Assembly: GCF_009914755.1 (NCBI RefSeq)
Contig: NC_060947.1
DNA from: the human T2T-CHM13v2.0 reference genome, Homo sapiens
Direction: 5' to 3' (one strand)
DNA: 64,000 nucleotides
This document shows positions 26,246 through 40,979 of the stretch, piece after piece. The position numbers and the translations under genes were made by a program. Position 1 is the first letter of the stretch. Every line of letters starts with the position of its first letter. The notes under the pieces are model-generated. The model worked only from the letters and a program-made list of their open reading frames with translations. It was not told where the DNA came from and ran no database searches.

Positions 26246-26908
26246 TAATATGTAGAGCCTGGACTTCCTTATAGCTATTATGTCCCCCTCCTTTAGCATT
26301 TTGATATCCTCTGTGGACTACGTGTCACAATAACTAATAACAAGATGACCTATGATGTAGCCAGGCGCCACATTGGAGGAGTGGCAGTGGCGGTGAAGTG
26401 GTGCTCACTGCGGTGTGACTCCCCTGGGCTGGAGTTTGGATCTGGCTGACAGTGGATGTCCAGCCGGCTGCTGTCTGGTGAGCTGAAGGGTTCCGAGCAG
26501 GAACCTTGGCTTCACCTCAGGTGGTGCTGCATAACTCTCTGGTAAGTGATAGCAAGAGGCAAAGTAGCCTGCCACAGAGCAGCAGAGAGAGAGTGCTGGG
26601 ACCCCTGGCAGATGAGACAGAGAAGCAAGAGGCCCCAGCATCGTGGCTCACTGCAGGGAGCAGTGGCAGCTTTGAAACCATCCATTCATTGGCTCTGCAT
26701 GAAACGGAGTTCAGTAGTTGTCCATTTACCTAGATATCAATCCCAAACAGTAGGCTGTCTCCAAGAAGTACACCCTTAACGGGGACCTCCTTGCCCTTTT
26801 GCCCTTTAATTTTTGACTGCAATCTCTTCATCCTCAAGTCCTTTCCCCCGAGGCTCTTTTCTCAAGACTCACTTTCATGTCTTTATTTTTTATTTTACTT
26901 TTTTTTAG

Positions 26909-27079
<171 letters not shown>

Positions 27080-27371
27080 TAAATTACTTGGCAGAAAACA
27101 GGCTTTTCACTGATAGCTAGCGATAACTCATCTAACATTCTTCCCGTGTTTTTGATTCAGCAGTAAGGACTGAGCAGCTCATTGCTTCCAATTTTTGTTC
27201 ACTTGTGCTGTTGTGATCCTAATTTCCTAAGGGCTTAAAGCCCTTAAAACCTTTTTTGCATTTCAGGAATTCTGATTGGTTGTTTTCTTCACTTATTTGG
27301 GATTTTTGATAATTGGTTGCTTATGGCGTCGATAGCCCTCCTTTTATAAAGTATCTCTTTTATTTTTGCAG

Positions 27372-27418
27372 TTACATCCTTAATGTTCAGTCAAGCAGTG
27401 ATGACACCAGTGGGTCTT
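27372..27418 (+). CDS. GCNA: GCNA exon 3
   Basis: ttgcag| (C)YILNVQSSSDDTSGS T|gtaagt; 47 nt. Confidence 0.93.
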
Positions 27419-27786
27419 GTAAGTAGAGTCCACTCAAAGCAGGAACATTTTGAAGTGTCTTTGTAGAGATGACTCAACTGTGATTTGGGATGTCTGGCCT
27501 AAGTTGGTTCTAAGTTCGTCACCTCTAGGGCTCTCTTTAGGTCGGTGAAATGAAATTTCCCTACTGTCAGGAGTGGAGGAGGTTCTCTGCTTCTTTTCCA
27601 ACTTACTTTCCTCCTTTTTTTTTGGCTCTGGGTTTCCTTACTTTTATTTCCTTTCTATCCTTCATGGGAGATGTAAATTTTAAGCAGCTCTAATTTATAG
27701 ACTTTGGTTTTAGGGAGTTAAAGACATAGGCAACCAGATTTTTTCATGCTTCAGATGTTTTCTAATGCCCTCTTTCTCTGATTTAG

Positions 27787-27820
27787 CTGTGGCCAGAAGA
27801 GCTCCGAAGAGACAGGCGAG
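27787..27820 (+). CDS. GCNA: GCNA exon 4
   Basis: atttag| (S)VARRAPKRQA AG|gtgagt; 34 nt. Confidence 0.93.
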
Positions 27821-28144
27821 GTGAGTAGGAGAATTAATGAAACTTTACTTTTTTTTTTTTTTTAAATTAAGGGGGGAAAAACCCCATGCTCTGTCTAAGG
27901 AAATTTAAGAGTAAACTTCACATTTCCTCTGTGGACACTCTGTGGTTCTCAGCAGGATCATGATGGCTGTTTGACATCACAACCAGGTTGAAAACATTAG
28001 ATTCCTTATGCCTGACCCATTATCTAACTGGTCAGTTTCTTCTTTGAGGTATCTCTGTGAACTATGCCTTAACATCCAGGCTCTACTAGTCTAAGCCCTT
28101 ATCAGTGTTTACTCCCTTTTAGTTTTATTTTTAGTTTACTTTAG

Positions 28145-28456
<312 letters not shown>

Positions 28457-29580
28457 TAGTATGTAGAGCCTGGACTTCCTTATAGCTATTATGTCCCCCT
28501 CCTTTAGCATTTTGATATCCTCTGTGGACTATGTGTCACAATAACTAATAACAAGATGACCTATGATGTAGCCAGGCGCCACATTGGAGGAGTGGCAGTG
28601 GCGGTGAAGTGGTGCTCACTGCGGTGTGACTCCCCTGGGCTGGAGTTTGGATCTGGCTGACAGTGGATGTCCAGCCGGCTGCTGTCTGGCGAGCTGAAGG
28701 GTTCCGAGCAGGAAGTGCTTGGCTTCACCTCAGGTGGTGCTGCATAACTCTCGTAAGTGATAGCAAGAGGCAAAGTAGCCTGCCACAGAGCAGCAGAGAG
28801 AGAGTGCTGGGACCCCTGGCAGATGAGACAGAGAAGCAAGAGGCCCCAGCATCGTGGCTCACTGCAGGGAGCAGTGGCAGCTTTGAAACCATCCATTCAT
28901 TGGCTCTGCATGAAACGGAGTTCAGTAGTTGTCCATTTACCTAGATATCAATCCCAAACAGTAGGCTGTCTCCAAGAAGTACACCCTTAACGGGGACCTC
29001 CTTGCCCTTTTGCCCTTTAATTTTTGACTGCAATCTCTTCATCCTCAAGTCCTTTCCCCCGAGGCTCTTTTCTCAAGACTCACTTTCATGTCTTTATTTT
29101 TTATTTTACTTTTTTTTAGAGACAGGGTCTTGCTGTGTCGCCCACACTGCAGTGCAGTGGCACCATCATAGCTCACTGCAACCTTGAATTCCTGGGCTCA
29201 AGCAATCCTCCCTGCTCAGCCTCCCGAGTTGGTGGGATTACAGGCGTGAGCCTCCATGCCTGGCGTCTCTTTCATACCTTTAAATAGAAATAAATTACTT
29301 GGCAGAAAACAGGCTTTTCACTGATAGCTAATGATACTCAGCTAACATTCTTCCCGTGTTTTTGATTCAGCAGTAAGGACTGAGCAGCTCATTGCTTCCA
29401 ATTTTTGTTCACTTGTGCTGTTGTGATCCTAATTTCCTAAGGGCTTAAAGCCCTTAAAACCTTTTTGCATTTCAGGAATTCTGATTGGTTGTTTTCTTCA
29501 CTTATTTGGGATTTTTGATAATTGGTTGCTTATGGCGTCGATAGCCCTCCTTTTATAAAGTATCTCTTTTATTTTTGCAG

Positions 29581-29627
29581 TTGCATCCTTAATGTCCAGT
29601 CAAGGAGTGGTGACACCAGTGGGTCTT
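29581..29627 (+). CDS. GCNA: GCNA exon 5 (duplicate of exon 3)
   Basis: ttgcag| (S)CILNVQSRSGDTSGS T|gtaagt; 47 nt. Confidence 0.93.
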
Positions 29628-29995
29628 GTAAGTAGAGTCCACTCAAAGCAGGAACATTTTGAAGTGTCTTTGTAGAGATGACTCAACTGTGATTTGGGAT
29701 GTCTGGCCTAAGTTGGTTCTAAGTTCGTCACCTCTAGGGCTCTCTTTAGGTCGGTGAAATGAAATTTCCCTACTGTCAGGAGTGGAGGAGGTTCTCTGCT
29801 TCTTTTCCAACTTACTTTCCTCCTTTTTTTTTGGCTCTGGGTTTCCTTACTTTTATTTCCTTTCTATCCTTCATGGGAGATGTAAATTTTAAGCAGCTCT
29901 AATTTATAGACTTTGGTTTTAGGGAGTTAAAGACATAGGCAACCAGATTTTTTCATGCTTCAGATGTTTTCTAATGCCCTCTTTCTCTGATTTAG

Positions 29996-30029
29996 CTGTG
30001 GCCAGAAGAGCTCCGAAGAGACAGGCGAG
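29996..30029 (+). CDS. GCNA: GCNA exon 6 (identical to exon 4)
   Basis: atttag| (S)VARRAPKRQA AG|gtgagt; 34 nt. Confidence 0.93.
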
Positions 30030-31164
30030 GTGAGTAGGAGAATTAATGAAACTTTACTTTTTTTTTTTTTTTTAAATTAAGGGGGGAAAAACCCCATGCT
30101 CTGTCTAAGGAAATTTAAGAGTAAACTTCACATTTCCTCTGTGGACACTCTGTGGTTCTCAGCAGGATCATGATGGCTGTTTGACATCACAACCAGGTTG
30201 AAAACATTAGATTCCTTATGCCTGACCCATTATCTAACTGGTCAGTTTCTTCTTTGAGGTATCTCTGTGAACTATGCCTTAACATCCAGGCTCTACTAGT
30301 CTAAGCCCTTTTTGGTGTTTGCTCCTTTTTATTTTTGTTTTTAGATTAGTTTAGTTTTGTTTTGTTTTGAGACTGAGTCTTGCTCGACCAGGTTCGAGTG
30401 CAGTGGTGCAATCTCGGCTCACTGCAGCCTCCGCCTCCTGAGTTCTGGTGATTCTTCTCCTCAGCCTCTCAAGTAGCTGAGATTACTGGCACACGCCACC
30501 ATGCCCGGCTAATTTTTGTGTTTTTAGTAGAGATGGGGTTTCACCATGTTTTTCAGGCTTGTCTTGAACTCCTGACCTGAAGCGATCCACCTGCTTTGGC
30601 CTCCCAAAGTTCTGGGATTACAGGTGTGAGCCACCGTGCCCAGCTTGTTTCTTCTTTTTAAGTGGCTTCCTCACCTTGATCTCTTACTTCTGATCCAGTC
30701 GGTGTACCACTTGTAGTTGGATCTCCTGAGGCACTGCTTTGATCATATCAATCCTCAATTCAAATAGCTCGTAATAGAAAAATCAAGCTGTTTACCCCAA
30801 TATTTAACGCCTTCTGTGATCTGGCCATAACCTCTCTTTCAGCCTCACCTGCTACTGTTCCTATTAATGAATCCTCTGTTCTAGCCAGAGCTTGATGGAG
30901 GGGTGTTTCCCAGGTGCCAAACTGTAGGGGGTGCTGAAAAAAATTGCTGGAGTAAATATGAAGTATGGTGCTACATAACTGTTTTCCACATTGACTCCTT
31001 GAATTACTGTACAAATGCAAATTGGTCATTCTTGTTCCCCCCATCAAGCTAGATAGTGCTGTGAAGTGGGAAAGTTTTTGTTCTGGCTATCTCCGATTTA
31101 TCTCTATTGAGTATTTTCATAACGTGTAAGCCACCAACTCCTGACACCAATGTGTGAAATGTCA

Positions 31165-31356
<192 letters not shown>

Positions 31357-33199
31357 TTAGGAGGCTGAGGCACGAGAATCACTGGAACCTGGGAGGCGGA
31401 GGTTGCAGTGAGCCAAGATTGCGTCACTGCACCCCAGCCTGGGTGGGAGTGAGACTCTCTCAATAAATAAATAAATAAATAAAGTCAGCAGTTGCAATCA
31501 GCTGAAATTCTAGAGCCAAATAATGTATAAAGCTATTAATCGTTGATGATCAGTTTTGTTAATTGTATTTCTAAAGTCTGGTTTATTGAGGTATGATTTA
31601 TATATGGTAAAATTCACCCTTTTTAGGTGTACAGTTTGATGGATTTTGACAAGCATATATGGTAGTGTAACCATCACCACTATCAAGATGCAGAGTATTT
31701 CCATTGCTGTTATTTATATTTTAAATGTTCTATCATGGCTCCTAAGAAGTATTCCAGTGTATAATATTATACATAATGAAGTCCTTATTTGATAATTAAA
31801 ATGTATCTGAGTTTTAAATAGAAAAAATAGTTTCTTCCAGCCTCTGCTAGATAGATGGTGAACAAATGTTTAAAGAAAATCAGTTTTAAGGGACCTGCAA
31901 GGAGTGCCCACAGGTCTTGGTCCAGTCCCAGGTGCCATCTATATATGGGATATAGGAAGAGTAGATTTGGGAGGAAGGTGATGAGTTTGGTTTTGGGCAT
32001 GCTAGAATCAAGGAGCCTGTAGGCAGGGCTGATAATCAAAATTTTCTAACAACCAACAGAACACAGGCAGGAATTAGTCAGGATGGTTGCCTGCTGGTCA
32101 GGACAGACACCATCAATAAACAAATCGGTAAGGCCGTACCTCTGCATACTGACTAAATATCAGCCCTGCCCACAGGATATCCAGGTAGGAAGTTGGAACT
32201 GTGGAGCTAGAAGTCAGAAGAGAAGTTGGGCTCAATATAATGAATTGGGCTGGTGTAATTAATAATTGATTGTATTGGCATGAGAGGGCTGGGGATAAGT
32301 CCTGGGATTGAGTCGAGGAAGATGAGTGAGGAGGAGTGAATGGAAAGGTGAGACGAGAACCAAAAGACGACTTTGTCCCAGAAATCAAGAAAAGAGTTTT
32401 AAGGATGGAGTAGTCAATAGGATAGCAAAGGCACATCAACTTGGCAGTGTCAAAGTGGTAAACATGGTGGAAGCAGATGAACATGTGTGTCTGTAGCAGG
32501 TGCAGACATGTCCTGTAACAGTGTATTAAGTATTTTTCTTTCATTATGAAAGTATATTATACTTATTATACACTGTTTGGGGACAGGAAGGTGGCCAATT
32601 TCATCCTGCTGGAACTTCTGAGCCAAATACCAGGATTAGCCGAGGATGAGGACCCCAGGGGGTGCTTACCACTGGCACCCTGGGTGGTGCAGGTGCACTG
32701 CTGAGTTTGACACCTACCAGAGCAGTCCGTCAGTTCAAGAGGGTGGTGCTGGTTTGGGGTTGCAGAGAGTAGCACTGAAGAGAAACTCCCTACTCTGAGG
32801 CTGCCTCTCTCCATCTGTGGCCCTCTACCCTTCTCAGACAACTGGATCTCAAACTTGATAAAGAAAGATGACAACTCCCTGATCAATTTTACCACTGTGC
32901 CAAAACTATCTGAATACATAAAATCTGACAGAGCCCATTTCACTCTCAGTATGTGACAGACTCCTCGTTTTAGAAGGATGTGAGACAGATGGAAAGATGT
33001 AGGAAGATGGAAAAAGAGAAAAAGATAGAAAATCAGGTAGAATGGAAGGATTGAGTAGTTCCAAAGGAGGGGAACAGAGTTACTGTGGGAAACAAAAAAT
33101 TGACAAGTGGTCAAGATCAGAAAAGGTGAGAAATGCCATGAAAAAGAAGACTGTTGCGTTCATACTTCTCTCTTGTTTTTCTCCTGTTTCATCACTCAG

Positions 33200-33288
33200 C
33201 TCCGTGGTAGTGATTGACTCTGATTCTGATGAGGAATGTCACACCCATGAAGAGAAGAAAGCTAAGTTATTGGAAATAAACAGCGACG
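33200..33288 (+). CDS. GCNA: GCNA exon 7 (SIM-like VVVIDSDSDEE), with a GC donor
   Basis: actcag| (S)SVVVIDSDSDEECHTHEEKKAKLLEINSD G|gcaagt; only this donor keeps frame with exon 8. Confidence 0.92.
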
Positions 33289-35917
33289 GCAAGTATATAT
33301 TACTTTGTTAGATAAGTAGCTGAGCTCCAAAGCCTCATCACACGTGGTACTTTCAGGATCAGAGTCCGCAGACTTTCTATTCAGAATCCCTCAGTAGTGA
33401 GTGCCACCGTTTCTTTCCTCGTATGTGCTGGCTGTGGATATGGCCGGGTTCCCTATACCCCCTGGTCAATTTCCCAGCAGCAGCAACTGTTGTTGCTGCC
33501 TCAGACCTTGGGGGCCCCCTCAGTAGAGTTCTTACCTGCCTAGAGCTATATCAGTGAAGCGGGGTAGGGGTGGTGGGTCAAGAGCTGAGGCTAGGAAGTA
33601 TGGAGGCTGCTCTGTGACTCCCTCTTCCTCTCTTCCCCGCTCTATGTGTGGGAATGACGAGGAAGAGGAAAGGAGTAAGAGGCCTGGCTCATTCTTCCTT
33701 CCAGCTTGAAGGGTGGTGGTTATGGGCCAGCTGGCAGTGTCGTGTTGAGAAAACTCTTTTTCCATTGAGCTGCTGGTCTTTGCTGTTTGCCGGTCCTTCT
33801 GTATTTTCTACAGATTCTTGTGTTTCTTTAGAGCCTGTTTCCCGTGGCAGTTCCTTACCTCTTTGGATCAGAAGCCCCTTTAGCCTTCTGGGTGGCTTGG
33901 AGCTTAACTGAATTCAGAACCTACCTGCTCGGTGGGGGATGAAACACAGGAAGACTAGAAACTTTTTAAGCATTAGGGACAGTATTTCACTGAGCTTTGT
34001 TCTGTCAGTACAGGTATAGGGCATGATACGTGGGGCACTTAGTTAATGTTTGCTGAGCTGAACTCAACTGAAAATGGGACACCCTTAAAGCACCAACTAC
34101 AACTTTTTTGGAGACAGTCTCGGTCTGTTGCCCAGGCTGGAGTGCAGTGGCATGATCTCAGCTCTCTGCAACCTCTGCCTCCTGGGCTCAAGTGATTCTC
34201 CTGCCTCAGCCTCCTGAATAGCTGGGATTACAGGCGCCCGCCACCATGCCCAGCTAATTTTTTTTGTTGTTGTTTTTTTTTTTTTTAGTAGAGATGGGAT
34301 TTCTCCATGTTGGCCAGGCTGGTCTTGAACTCCTGGCCTCAAGCAATCTGCTTGCCTTGGCCTCCCAAAGTGCTAGGATACAGGTGTGAGCCACTGGGCC
34401 TGACCAGCACCAGCTACTTCTTAGATAACTACCCAAGAGCTATTGTTGGCCAGAGTTGCTTAGCTAACCCGGGATATCAGAGCAGGGAAGGGAGAGGTGG
34501 TTTGAAACGCTAGTCTCCTATTGTTCTACCACCTATCCTTTTGGATTTCTTTCCCTGCTTCCTCTCTCTAGCTCTGGGTGGCTGTGCCTGAGCAGGACAG
34601 TGGTCTGGGTGCAGAGTAGAGGGTCTGACATGACAAGCTGTTCAAATGTGAAAGGAACTCCAAGGAGGCAGCTTGAGGGCAGGCAGGAGTAACAGAGCCA
34701 GAAACCAGTTCACAACCGGAGGCCACCAGGTGCTTTACTCCTTAAATCAGAAGAGACCGATTCTTTTGAGGGTGAACTTTTAGCTAAGGCTGCTCTTAAC
34801 CTTGCTGGCCTGTGGACTGTAGCTGTGGGCATCCATCGCAGCAATGGAGGGATGAAGAATGCTCCTATAGGACTGGCTTTGTATGTTTCTTTGCTGTTCT
34901 CTACGTGGCATTTCTTTTTGTTATAATGAATTTAGGCAATTCTACAGAAAACAAGGCCCAGTGAACTCTAAAACATACCTCCAACCTTTGTCACTGTACA
35001 TAGTCATTTTTAAATATATCGTAAGCAGTGTGTCCCTACTTTTTCTAATTTTTAATTTCAACTGCAGGTGGCAAATCTTTTAAGTTTTCTAGGAAAGAGG
35101 CAGGGCTTTTTACCATAGGAACATCTACTCCTTTTCTCTTCCCTTACTGCATATTTGAAGTTTTTTCATAATTAATTCAAATAACAGATAAGACTCTCAA
35201 AATATATTATCTCAAATCTGCAGTTTTAGGATAAAGAGATTTTGCACCATGAATATATCTTTCACATCTTGCCTATGCCATGGTTTAGATTTTTAGATTT
35301 TTGTTTACATCCAGAATCATAGAAAGCTAGAACTTGAGCTCCAAACAGACTTCAAAGAGTGTGTGGCGTCAGACACACCGACCTTCATTTCAGTGCAGGC
35401 AGTGATGTTCCAAATGTTCTGAGGCCTCTCAGAGAGTGCTGACATCAGGACCTACTCCTGACTCATATCAGTGGTTCTGAGAGCTTTGCACTTATGAACT
35501 AATTTAAAGAATGAAATTTTGGTGACCAACACAGAGTTGTCAATTTTTAATTTGTCTAATGAAGGAAATTAAAAAAAAAAAACTTCAGCTACCATTTACT
35601 ATCTTTGTAATTTTGTAAAGAACACCAAAAGTTTAACCAAGACATAATCACAAAATAAAGGACAGTCCTTTAAATTATAGAAATTTAACTTGATGGGAGA
35701 AAAAATACCACTTTATTATTCTAATTTGTCTTATTTTGCTGTGGACCAGTGAAAATATACAAGTCTGCAGACCCGTGTTTGGGAAGCCCGAAGCAACTAC
35801 TGTATCTTGCTACTTAGAGACTATGATTTGAAAATTGCCACGAGTTTGGTTGCTATTTGATCTGTCACTGCTCTCAGTGAAATAAAAAATAGGGGAAAAA
35901 CAATCTAAAGTAACTTT

Positions 35918-38690
<2,773 letters not shown>

Positions 38691-38837
38691 TTTAAAATAA
38701 CCGATTCTTAACTGCTATTCAAAATGTCACAGTTCCTGTCTTGTTTAATTTGTGCTAAATAATCTGCTGAAATTTAGCATATAAAGGAGGTGGTAGAGGG
38801 AGTATATTTACATATGATTGTGTCTCTTGAATTTCAG

Positions 38838-39926
38838 ATGAGAGTCCGGAGTGTTGTCATGTGAAGCCTGCCATCCAGGAACCTCCAATAGTTATTAGTG
38901 ATGATGACAATGACGATGACAACGGTAATGATTTGGAAGTTCCCGACGACAACAGTGATGATTCAGAAGCTCCCGACGACAACAGTGATGATTCGGAAGC
39001 TCCTGACGACAACAGTGATGATTCGGAAGCTCCCGACGACAACAGTGATGATTCGGAAGCTCCCGACGACAATAGTGATGATTCGGATGTTCCCGACGAC
39101 AACAGTGATGATTCATCCGACGACAACAGTGATGATTCATCCGACGACAACAGTGATGATTCGGATGTTCCCGACGACAAGAGTGATGATTCGGATGTTC
39201 CCGACGACAGCAGTGATGATTCGGATGTTCCCGACGACAGCAGTGATGATTCGGAAGCTCCCGACGACAGCAGTGATGATTCGGAAGCTCCCGACGACAG
39301 CAGTGATGATTCGGAAGCTCCCGACGACAGCAGTGATGATTCGGAAGCTCCCGACGACAGCAGTGATGATTCGGAAGCTTCCGACGACAGCAGTGATGAT
39401 TCGGAAGCTTCCGACGACAGCAGTGATGATTCGGAAGCTCCCGACGACAAGAGTGATGATTCGGATGTTCCCGAAGACAAGAGTGATGATTCGGATGTTC
39501 CCGATGACAATAGTGATGATTTGGAAGTTCCTGTGCCAGCAGAAGATTTGTGTAATGAAGGCCAAATTGCTTCAGATGAAGAAGAGCTGGTTGAGGCTGC
39601 TGCTGCTGTCTCCCAGCATGATTCATCTGATGATGCTGGTGAGCAGGATCTTGGTGAGAATCTCAGCAAACCACCAAGTGATCCTGAGGCTAACCCTGAA
39701 GTTTCAGAGAGAAAGCTGCCAACTGAGGAAGAGCCTGCACCTGTGGTGGAACAATCAGGGAAAAGGAAGTCAAAAACCAAAACTATTGTGGAGCCACCGA
39801 GGAAAAGGCAGACAAAGACCAAAAATATAGTGGAGCCACCAAGGAAAAGGCAGACAAAGACCAAAAATATAGTGGAGCCACTGAGGAAGAGGAAGGCGAA
39901 AACCAAAAATGTATCTGTGACACCTG
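38838..39926 (+). CDS. GCNA: GCNA exon 8, acidic repeat intrinsically disordered region
   Basis: tttcag| (D)ESPECCHVKPAIQEPPIVISDDD...(PDDxSDDSEA)n...KNVSVTP G|gtaagc; 1089 nt. Confidence 0.97.
38942..39529 (+). repeat. GCNA: Coding minisatellite of 20 units (18 x 30 nt + 2 x 24 nt) encoding PDD[NSK]SDDS[ED][AV]
   Basis: Unit cccgacgacagcagtgatgattcggaagct; 588 nt = 18x30 + 2x24; one further degenerate unit lies upstream. Confidence 0.97.
39746..39913 (+). repeat. GCNA: Four 42-nt coding repeats (VEPPRKRQTKTKNI-like), basic and NLS-like
   Basis: gtgga[ag] starts at 39746, 39788, 39830, 39872. Confidence 0.9.
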
Positions 39927-40912
39927 GTAAGCCAGTCATGCCAAGTATGCCTGTCCCACTGAATGTGCCTTGCCTGCCAAATGTGCCTGTGTTATCCAGT
40001 CTGCCTGTCCTCCCTTTCAACCCTGTGCCATTTCAGCAACTTCCCTGTGGCCCAAGGAGGCATCCATCCCAGTGCAAGGATGGTTCTGGGAACAGGGGAG
40101 GAATGCCCACATCTTTCTCATGCTCCTGTATCTTAGTATTTGCTGTTCACTAGCCTAGAGTGCTGTCTCCCTGAACCTTCTGTTCTGAGGATATCTTATT
40201 TTTCTTAGGAAATTATCTCTTCCTCTATGAAGCCGTGAGTCAGGGTGGCTCCTGTCTCCTGGGTTACCAAAGTTCTAGAGCCCATCTCTACCAAAGCACT
40301 AGTCACATTGTTAGAATACATTCCTGAGTCTGTCCCCTTCCCTACCCCGTCCCGGTAGACTGTGAGCCTCTTCGTGGGAGGACTCTTCCTCATCTTTTAG
40401 TCTCTCTCAGGATTTGGCCTGGTGCTTGGCACATGATAGAGGTTCAATAAATTTTTTAGATATATGAATGACACTGACTATTGATACATAAGCCTTTAGC
40501 TAGAGCAGCTGGCAGGATCTGCCTTGCCCTGCACACTGAGTAAAGGTGCTGCCTAGAATATGAGCCACTCATTGGAGCAGGTGTGTGAGCTGTTCCATAG
40601 CACCCCTTCGACTGTGCACGCTTCAGTTGCCCACACCACCTAGCTTCTAAGGGCACACTCCTGGACCCTCATAGTCCTTGGTGCCTGTGACAGAATCCTG
40701 CCCAGCTCATGCTGCTGGCAGCTCTGTGATTCACGTGGGTGAGATCGTTGAGAATGATGAAGGCAGCAGTATGCCACTTCAGACAGTTTTGTTTAGAGAA
40801 GTTGCACTGGGCTTGGCTGTGAGGGCTCCTTTTGGGTTTACCTTTCTGTTGGTCTCGTGATGGTACCAATTTTCGGGGTACAAGTAACCTATTATTTTTT
40901 CATCTGGTAAAG

Positions 40913-40979
40913 GACATAAGAAGCGTGGGCCTTCAAAGAAGAAACCCGGTGCAGCAAAAGTTGAAAAACGCAAGACTAG
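40913..40979 (+). CDS. GCNA: GCNA exon 9
   Basis: gtaaag| (G)HKKRGPSKKKPGAAKVEKRKT AG|gtatgt; phases fit. Confidence 0.9.

Noticed and set aside
32113-33114. Two minus-strand ORFs of 143 and 182 aa
   Set aside because: They lie in purine-rich, L2-like intronic sequence with biased composition and have no domain or splice support
38942-39529. Regular 30-nt repeats that look superficially like a CRISPR array
   Set aside because: Head-to-tail units with no unique spacers, inside a eukaryotic coding exon, and no cas genes
38857-40020. Long ORFs in four other frames over the GCNA acidic repeat (PTTAVMIRKL, HHCCRRELPN, SSGASESSLL, IITAVVGSFR)
   Set aside because: A repeat unit with no stop in a given frame yields a long ORF automatically; there is no promoter or splice support for overlapping genes
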